A stretch of 32,000 nt of DNA from Candidatus Peribacter riflensis (GTDB taxonomy: Bacteria; Patescibacteriota; Gracilibacteria; Peribacterales; Peribacteraceae): the NCBI GenBank assembly GCA_001430755.1, contig CP013062.1, positions 690,001-722,000 of the forward strand. Reading direction: 5' to 3'. The notes under the pieces were generated by a model. It was not told the origin of the DNA, ran no database searches, and worked only from the letters and a program-made list of their open reading frames with translations. Made by a program: the position numbers and the translations under genes. Below are positions 14,390 through 20,459 of the stretch, piece by piece (positions within the stretch are counted from its first letter, which is position 1; each line of letters begins with the position of its first letter).

Positions 14390-14486
14390 TATTGGAGTAT
14401 CAGTGATCAGAATATCTGAGTATCAGTGAAAACCATCGTACACCAAGCACTGATATTCTAATACTCTGATATTCTGATATTCCCTT
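14390..14486. repeat. short-word inverted repeat between hmgR and hmgS
   Basis: GAGTATCAGTG occurs twice (14396-14406 and 14419-14429). CTGATATTC occurs three times in the right arm (14451-14484). The stem 14419-14429 with 14449-14459 has 11 bp including one G-T, with a 19-nt loop. Confidence 0.65.
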
Positions 14487-14518
14487 CACAAACCCAAGGG
14501 TAGAATCCCACCGGTTCT

Positions 14519-15559
14519 ATGTCATCTCCCCACTCCGCCATCGTCGGCTTCGGCATGTACATCCCCAGTCAGCGGATCACCGTCGAAGAGATCGCGAAAC
14601 ATTGGGGCAGGGATCCGCAGGAGATTGAGAGTGGACTGGGCGTGAAAGAGAAAGCTGTTGCGGGGGAGGGCGAAGACAGTTTCACGCTCGCATTCGAGGC
14701 GGCCCGTCAGGCGATCACCCTCTCGCAGATCCCCTCTTCACAGATCAGCGCGATCTTCGCGGGATCCGAAAGCCACCCCTACGCCGTGAAGCCGACGAGC
14801 GGGATGCTTGCCGCCGCCTTAGACCTGCACCCGTTCTCGTTCTGCGCGGACTTGGAGTTCGCCTGCAAGGCCGGAACGGCAGGCATGCAGATCATCGATG
14901 CTTTCGTGCGGAGCGGCCAGATCACCTACGGCCTCGCCATCGGCACCGACCGCGCACAGGCCAAGCCGGGCGATGCGCTGGAGTACACGGCGGCAGCCGG
15001 CGCCGCAGCCATGCTCTTGGGTCCCGAGACAGACGCCCACGCGCTCTGCCGCATTGAGCACACACTCTCCTTCACCACTGACACGCCGGATTTCTGGCGG
15101 ACCGCGCACGCTCCCTACCCCGCCCATGCGGGACGCTTCACCGGCGAACCGGGCTACTTCCTACACGTGCGGCAGGCACTTCAAGGCATGCTCGACGTGA
15201 CGAAGACAAAGCTCACCGATGTGGACCACGTCATCCTGCACATGCCGAACGCCAAATTCCCCGGCAAGATCGCCAAAGAATTCAAAATCAGCAAGGAGCA
15301 GATGCAGGAAGGCTTCATCGTGCCCACGATCGGCAATACCTACAGCGCCTGTTCGCTCTTGGGATTGGCGCACGTCCTGCAGAAAGCGAAGAAAGGCCAG
15401 CGCCTCCTCCTGGTTTCGTACGGTTCCGGAGCAGGTGCCGACGCTTTCCTGCTCACCATGCTCCGGAACGGAGTACAGTTACCCATAGACGAACGCCCGC
15501 TCCGGTACATTTCCTACGGGGAATACCGCAGAAATGAGGAGAAAACAGCAGTTTTGTAA
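14519..15559 (+). CDS. HMG-CoA synthase, archaeal type (thiolase-fold condensing enzyme)
   Basis: 346 aa. Active-site Cys context DLEFACKAGTAGM, and the small size typical of archaeal-type HMGS. It is followed by a thiolase and a DUF35 gene, as in archaeal three-gene sets. Confidence 0.85.
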   Translation: MSSPHSAIVGFGMYIPSQRITVEEIAKHWGRDPQEIESGLGVKEKAVAGEGEDSFTLAFEAARQAITLSQIPSSQISAIFAGSESHPYAVKPTSGMLAAALDLHPFSFCADLEFACKAGTAGMQIIDAFVRSGQITYGLAIGTDRAQAKPGDALEYTAAAGAAAMLLGPETDAHALCRIEHTLSFTTDTPDFWRTAHAPYPAHAGRFTGEPGYFLHVRQALQGMLDVTKTKLTDVDHVILHMPNAKFPGKIAKEFKISKEQMQEGFIVPTIGNTYSACSLLGLAHVLQKAKKGQRLLLVSYGSGAGADAFLLTMLRNGVQLPIDERPLRYISYGEYRRNEEKTAVL

Positions 15560-15595
15560 CGTCGCCGGAGCGTGTAGTATCTTTCAGACATTCTC

Positions 15596-16711
15596 ATGCA
15601 GAAGGAACTTTCGCTTGTTGGAATCGGCCAGACCAAATTTGGAGAGTGGTGGGGCAAAAGCCTCTCATCTCTGATGGAAGAAGCAGTGGACGCGGCCATC
15701 GCCTCCGCCCCCTGCTCCGCGCTCGATATCGATTTCATCGTCGTGGCCAACATGCTCGGGGAATCCACGAGCGGACAGGCGCATTTGGGAGCGCTCGCGG
15801 CGTCGCTGCTGCCCCACCATCCTCCCGCCATTCGCGTGGAAGCGGCCTGCGCTTCGGGCTCCGTGGCCATGCACACCGCCTGCGCACTCCTCGAGAGCGG
15901 CCGCGCCGAAACGGTGCTGGTCGTGGGAGCCGAGAAGATGACCGATGCCTCGGGCGATGAGATCACCACCGCGCTGATGGGGGCTGCGGACAGCGAAAAG
16001 GATGCTCCCTCCGGCCTCACGTTCCCCGGCATTTTCGGGCTCATCGCCCGACGCTACATGCACGACTACGGCCTGACGCGGAATCAACTCAATCTCGTGA
16101 GCGCGCGTCACCACGCAAACGGCGTCAAAAACCCCTTCGCACAGTTCCGGCAGGAGATCGCCCCCGCGCAGATCGGCACGAGCACGCTCGTGGCGGATCC
16201 GCTGCGGCTTCTGGATTGCTCACCGGTGAGCGATGGTGCGGCAGCCTGCATCCTTTCCACCAAGCACCACTCTCCCATTCGCATCGCCGCCTCCCAGACC
16301 AGCACTGATACGGTGAGCATCACCGATCGGCCGCTCATCACCTCCTTCGCCGCAACCAAAGACGCCGTCACGCGCGCTTTCGAAGAGGCAGACATCGCGG
16401 CAAGTGACATCGCACACGTGGAACTGCACGACTGCTTCTCTATTGCCGCCCTCATTGCACTCGAAGATCTGGGCTTCGCAGAGCCGGGAGAAGGAATACG
16501 GTGGTACGAGCAGCCACAGACGATGACGGTGAACCAGAGCGGCGGGCTCAAGGCCTGTGGCCACCCGGTCGCCGCCACGGGCATCAAACAGATCATCGAT
16601 GTGAGCAAGCAACTGCAGGCATCCGGAAAGCCCTGGGGCCTCGCGCACAATTTCGGCGGAGCCGGTGCCACCTGCTGCGTCCATATTCTCCATCACCATG
16701 CGCACGCCTGA
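15596..16711 (+). CDS. acetyl-CoA acetyltransferase (archaeal-type thiolase)
   Basis: Nucleophilic Cys context VEAACASGSVAM. C-terminal GGLKACGHPVAATG and NFGGAGAT motifs of the thiolase superfamily. Confidence 0.85.
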   Translation: MQKELSLVGIGQTKFGEWWGKSLSSLMEEAVDAAIASAPCSALDIDFIVVANMLGESTSGQAHLGALAASLLPHHPPAIRVEAACASGSVAMHTACALLESGRAETVLVVGAEKMTDASGDEITTALMGAADSEKDAPSGLTFPGIFGLIARRYMHDYGLTRNQLNLVSARHHANGVKNPFAQFRQEIAPAQIGTSTLVADPLRLLDCSPVSDGAAACILSTKHHSPIRIAASQTSTDTVSITDRPLITSFAATKDAVTRAFEEADIAASDIAHVELHDCFSIAALIALEDLGFAEPGEGIRWYEQPQTMTVNQSGGLKACGHPVAATGIKQIIDVSKQLQASGKPWGLAHNFGGAGATCCVHILHHHAHA

Positions 16712-17633
16712 TTCTCCCGCTCTCGCCGCCCGCTCACAGTCACGCCGCAGAGCGCAGATGCTCCCGGGCACCCTGCTCTCGTTCACAACGGTCACGCATC
16801 CGCCGAAGGGTTTTCCGGATCATGCGCGCACCATCGGGCTGATCGAACTCACCGACGGACACCGTGTCATCGGTCCCCTGACGGGCTCTCTGGAGCCACA
16901 AATCGGCCAGACTGTGATGCCGCGTATGCGCCTGAGCCGCGTGAATGAACAGGGGCTGCGGCTCTACGATATTGCGTACGAGCTGACGACACGCGTGGCA
17001 GGAGTGCAGGAGAACGAAAAGAAACTTTTCCCCGGCTACATCCTCGCGTTCACGGGACCGTCGGGCGTGGGCAAGACCACCGTCTCTCTGCTCCTCACAA
17101 AAATGCTCAATGATTTCACGGCAAAGGTCCCCATCGTGACGAGCCGCGAACCGAAGGAGGGGGATGATCAGGAGTATGACTATGTCTCGTTCCAGGAGTT
17201 TGAACGGATGCGGTCGAACGGAGAGCTTGCAGCCTGGACACGCATTCCCTCTGAAACAGAAGAGCGATTCTATGGCTACCGCAAGAGCAATATCGCCGCC
17301 ATCTGGGAGCAGGGAAAACTCCCGGTTGTCGTGACAGAAATGCAGCTGCTGCAGTGCCTCGCCCATGAGTTCGGCAGGCGTTCGATCCTCTCGTTCGGAT
17401 TGCTGCCCCCCGGCGAGAGCAAGCGCGCGATGCTCAGCCAGCTTCTGCACCGCATGCGCGCCCGCGGCCGCGAAACGGATGCACAAATCGAGGAACGGCT
17501 GACCAATGCCCAGGCCGATTTGGACTTCTTCACGCGTGCCGGACACCTCTTCGACTACGTCCTCGTGAATGAAGATCTCGACACACTGCTTCAGGTAATC
17601 AAGGGACATGTTTTGGCGCTTGCCAAAGCCTAA
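16698..17633 (+). CDS. fusion protein: DUF35-type OB-fold (no zinc ribbon) + divergent guanylate-kinase-like P-loop kinase domain
   Basis: N-terminal GTLLSFTTVTHPPKGFPDHARTIGLIELTDGHRVIGPL...IGQTVMPRMR follows the DUF35 OB pattern. The C-terminal FTGPSGVGKTT, VTSREPKEGDDQEYDYVS, FYGY, RMRARGRETDAQIEERL and FDYVLVNEDLDTLL follow the Gmk motif order. Possible starts are 16665, 16698 or 16758, all in one frame with no internal stop. Confidence 0.75.
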   Translation: MRTPDSPALAARSQSRRRAQMLPGTLLSFTTVTHPPKGFPDHARTIGLIELTDGHRVIGPLTGSLEPQIGQTVMPRMRLSRVNEQGLRLYDIAYELTTRVAGVQENEKKLFPGYILAFTGPSGVGKTTVSLLLTKMLNDFTAKVPIVTSREPKEGDDQEYDYVSFQEFERMRSNGELAAWTRIPSETEERFYGYRKSNIAAIWEQGKLPVVVTEMQLLQCLAHEFGRRSILSFGLLPPGESKRAMLSQLLHRMRARGRETDAQIEERLTNAQADLDFFTRAGHLFDYVLVNEDLDTLLQVIKGHVLALAKA

Positions 17634-17695
17634 TTCTCTCCACTCACTTGCTCACGTCCGCACCGGGCCTGAGCCTTCCGCAACAAGGTCATTTG

Positions 17696-17704
17696 TGCTA
17701 TAAT
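17696..17704 (+). promoter_or_regulatory. extended -10 promoter element (TGCTATAAT) for the alpha-glucan operon
   Basis: A perfect TGnTATAAT about 50 nt upstream of the GT start. The identical 9-mer recurs on the - strand at 25731-25723, upstream of another gene. Confidence 0.5.
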
Positions 17705-17754
17705 TACTAGATTTCTCGCGCGTGCGCGCGCGTGGAACAGCAACACAAAAATTC

Positions 17755-18972
17755 ATGTCTCTTCATTCGCTCATGTTCGGCTGGGAGTACCCGCCACGCC
17801 ACCTCGGGGGACTCGGAGTCGCCTGCCAGGGACTCGTGCGGGGGCTCATCAACCAGAATGTCAAAGTAACACTCGTCCTCCCATTCGCAGCCGACGGATC
17901 GCAGGAAAATGTGGACGTGCTCTTCCCCACCGAAAAGCATATTTCCACCATCCGCGTTGCCAGTCTGCTGCTGCCGTATGACTCCCCTGATCAGTACGTA
18001 CAGCGCATACAGGCCATTCCGCGTGAGACGGCAGAGATGTACGGGGATAATCTCGGACAGGCGGTACACATCTTCACCGAAACGAGTGTGGAAATGACCA
18101 GGGACCTGCAGCCCGATGTGGTGCACGCCCACGACTGGATGACGTACGAGGCCGGCACGCGTTCCGCGCGCTTCCACGGTAAGCCGCTGGTGGCGCACAT
18201 CCATGCCACCGAACTCGACCGCACGCACTTTCATCCAAACGAGTGGATTTACGGACGGGAGCGATGGGGCTTTCAGCAGGCTGACCACATCATCGCTGTG
18301 AGCAACTACACCAGAAACATTCTCATCCAGCACTACGGCATTGATCCGGACAAAATTTCCGTCGTGCATAACGGCAGCAGTGAATCCCGGCACGTCGAAT
18401 CTGCACAGCAACCAGAAACGACTACCCCGACAAAGAAACGGCCGATGGTGCTCTTTCTCGGGCGCCTCACGATACAGAAGGGACCGCTCCACTTTTTGGA
18501 AATGGCCTCGATGGTGCACCGGCTGCGGCCGGACGTGCAGTTCGTGGTCGCCGGCGACGGGCACATGCTCCCCTCGCTCATGGACCAAGCGGTCCAACTG
18601 GGCCTGGAGGATTGCATCATCTTCTCGGGCAAGGTATCGAATACCGAAGCGCGCAAACTCTATGCCCAGGCGAGCTGCTTCGTGATGCCCTCCCTCTCCG
18701 AACCGTTTGGACTCGTGGCGCTGGAGGCAATCGCCCAAGACACACCGGTGATTCTGAGCAAGCAATCCGGAGCGAGCGAGGTGATCGGGCACGCGTTCAA
18801 GGTGGACTTCTGGGATACCGAAAAAATGGCGGACTGTGTGCTCACGGTCCTGCGCGAGGCGCCGCTCGCCTCCCAGCTCATCTCCGAAGCGCCGCGCGTT
18901 CTGCAGCACCTCACATGGGATAACCAGGCGGGAAAGGTGCTCTCCATCTACCGAAACATCCTTCATTCCTAA
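17755..18972 (+). CDS. glycosyltransferase, GT4/GT5 glycogen(alpha-glucan)-synthase-like
   Basis: N-terminal FGWEYPPRHLGGLGVACQGL, and an EX7E-type motif PSLSEPFGLVALEAIA. I prefer the start at MSLHSLMF (17755). Confidence 0.8.
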   Translation: MSLHSLMFGWEYPPRHLGGLGVACQGLVRGLINQNVKVTLVLPFAADGSQENVDVLFPTEKHISTIRVASLLLPYDSPDQYVQRIQAIPRETAEMYGDNLGQAVHIFTETSVEMTRDLQPDVVHAHDWMTYEAGTRSARFHGKPLVAHIHATELDRTHFHPNEWIYGRERWGFQQADHIIAVSNYTRNILIQHYGIDPDKISVVHNGSSESRHVESAQQPETTTPTKKRPMVLFLGRLTIQKGPLHFLEMASMVHRLRPDVQFVVAGDGHMLPSLMDQAVQLGLEDCIIFSGKVSNTEARKLYAQASCFVMPSLSEPFGLVALEAIAQDTPVILSKQSGASEVIGHAFKVDFWDTEKMADCVLTVLREAPLASQLISEAPRVLQHLTWDNQAGKVLSIYRNILHS

Positions 18973-18990
18973 CCCTCCCCTCATCCGATC

Positions 18991-19140
18991 ATGCCGCCTC
19001 TCGTCTGCCTCTACTTCCGGCCTCCGCAGGAGGCCGCCCACCGAAGCTCCGAACGGAGCGAAGGCGGGCAGGTCCGCTCGGGGATCACCTCCTGCTACGG
19101 TCGGCAAGTCTCTGACATCCTTCCCCCCGCATCACGATGA
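18991..19140 (+). CDS. 49-codon upstream ORF whose first 9 residues mimic the GH57 N-terminus; ATGA overlap with the GH57 start
   Basis: Peptide MPPLVCLYFRPPQEAAHRSSERSEGGQVRSGITSCYGRQVSDILPPASR. Its TGA (19138-19140) overlaps the GH57 ATG (19137-19139). Translation is unproven. Confidence 0.3.
   Translation: MPPLVCLYFRPPQEAAHRSSERSEGGQVRSGITSCYGRQVSDILPPASR
19020..19097 (-). repeat. inverted copy of the GC-rich palindromic element, closed by GCAGGAGG/CCTCCTGC
   Basis: Core 19041-19064 is the reverse complement of the mvk copy. An 8-bp closing stem pairs 19026-19033 with 19088-19095. Confidence 0.6.
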
Positions 19141-20429
19141 GTCCTCTTGTGTGTCTCTACTTCCAGGTTCACCAGCCCTACCGCCTGCGGGATCTGAGGA
19201 TCACCGAAATCGGCAAAGGTACAGAGCCGGATTACTTCGACCATGAGAAGAACCGCTCGGTCTTCCGCAAGGTTGCGGAGAAGTGCTACCTGCCGGCGAA
19301 CCGTATGATGCTTTCGCTCCTGGAGCGGTATCCGGATTTCGCCATCGCCTACTCGCTCTCGGGGGTCTTCCTCGATCAGTGCGAAGAGTACGGAGAGGAC
19401 GTGCTGGAGAGTTTCCGGCGCCTGGGCGCAACGGGGCGGGTCGAATTCCTCGCCGAAACGTACTACCATTCGCTCTCCTCCATCCGCGATACGGAGGAAT
19501 TTTGCGAGCAGACCACGCTCCACATCCGCAAGATCGAAGACCTGTTCGGAATGACGCCCTCCATCTTCCGTAATACCGAGCTGATCTACAGCAATGACTT
19601 GGCGCAGACCGTGCGGCTCATGGGATTCAAAGGCATTCTCGCAGAGGGAACCGATCACCTGCTGCAGGGCAGGAGCGCGAACCTCCCCTACATGCCTCCG
19701 CGGTTCCGGCTGCCCCGCAGCAAGGAAATGCTCATCGCCCGGCACCGTCCGCTGCCGCAGAGATCGGAAAATATCTCCGTTCTGCTCAAGAACTACCGCC
19801 TCTCTGACGACGTGGCGTTCCGCTTTTCAGATAAGAGCTGGGTGGGATTCCCGCTCAAGGCGGAAACATTCACCGACTGGCTGCTCGGGGGCGGCGGGCA
19901 CAGCGTGAACCTGTTCATGGACTACGAAACATTCGGAGAGCACCAGTGGGAAGACACCGGCATCTTTGAATTCTTGAGGACACTGCCGCGTATCTGGCAG
20001 GAGCGTGGCGTGCACACAGCGACTCCCTCGCAGGTGCTGGCCGCCTGGGAGCAGACCACCGCGCCCATCTACGATGTCCATTCGTTGATCTCGTGGGCCG
20101 ATACCGAACGCGACCTTTCGGCGTGGCAGGGCAATCAGATCCAGACATCCGCGCTGAAGGCCATTCACGAACTCGGCCCGCTGGTCAAAGCAACGGGGAA
20201 CGCGAATCTGATCAATACCTGGCGAAAATTGCAGACATCCGACCACTTCTACTACATGTGCACGAAGTACTGGAACGACGGAGACGTACATAAGTACTTC
20301 AGCCCTTACGATTCCCCCTACGAAGCGTACCGCCGCTACAGCCACGCGCTGTGCGATTTGAAATCACGCGTGGAACCAAAACAAAAACACAAACAGCACA
20401 CAGCACACAGCAAACGTCCTAAGTCCTAA
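19137..20429 (+). CDS. glycoside hydrolase family 57 (alpha-amylase / alpha-glucanotransferase-like)
   Basis: N-terminal LYFQVHQPYRL (GH57 HQP region), GRVEFLAETYYHSL, RNTELIYS and MDYETFGEHQWE regions. The C-terminal tail KQKHKQHTAHSKRPKS is encoded by an AC-rich repeat. Confidence 0.85.
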   Translation: MSPLVCLYFQVHQPYRLRDLRITEIGKGTEPDYFDHEKNRSVFRKVAEKCYLPANRMMLSLLERYPDFAIAYSLSGVFLDQCEEYGEDVLESFRRLGATGRVEFLAETYYHSLSSIRDTEEFCEQTTLHIRKIEDLFGMTPSIFRNTELIYSNDLAQTVRLMGFKGILAEGTDHLLQGRSANLPYMPPRFRLPRSKEMLIARHRPLPQRSENISVLLKNYRLSDDVAFRFSDKSWVGFPLKAETFTDWLLGGGGHSVNLFMDYETFGEHQWEDTGIFEFLRTLPRIWQERGVHTATPSQVLAAWEQTTAPIYDVHSLISWADTERDLSAWQGNQIQTSALKAIHELGPLVKATGNANLINTWRKLQTSDHFYYMCTKYWNDGDVHKYFSPYDSPYEAYRRYSHALCDLKSRVEPKQKHKQHTAHSKRPKS

Positions 20430-20459
20430 TCCCCAATCCCTCATCCCCAAAAATGCCCC
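20376..20459 (+). repeat. AC-rich tract followed by a CGTCCTAAGTCC + (TCCCYAA)n C-rich repeat
   Basis: CCAAAACAAAAACACAAACAGCACACAGCACACAGCAAA, then CGTCCTAAGTCC TAATCCCCAATCCCTCATCCCCAAAAA. The 12-mer CGTCCTAAGTCC is shared with 24340-24351, and the 11-mer AACACAAACAG with 12926-12936. Confidence 0.6.

Noticed and set aside
19028-19033. AGGAGG as a Shine-Dalgarno site
   Set aside because: No start codon lies at an appropriate distance, and other genes in the window lack SD sequences. The hexamer is half of an 8-bp stem with CCTCCTGC.
17707-19107. 466-aa antisense ORF. Similar long antisense ORFs occur at 478-1410, 7272-8651, 20441-21385, 21602-22573, 25611-26606, 27754-29373 and 29678-30658.
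   Set aside because: These are typical shadow ORFs of GC-rich DNA. Each lies opposite a gene with clear family motifs, and their own translations are Arg/Gly/His-rich with no recognisable motifs.
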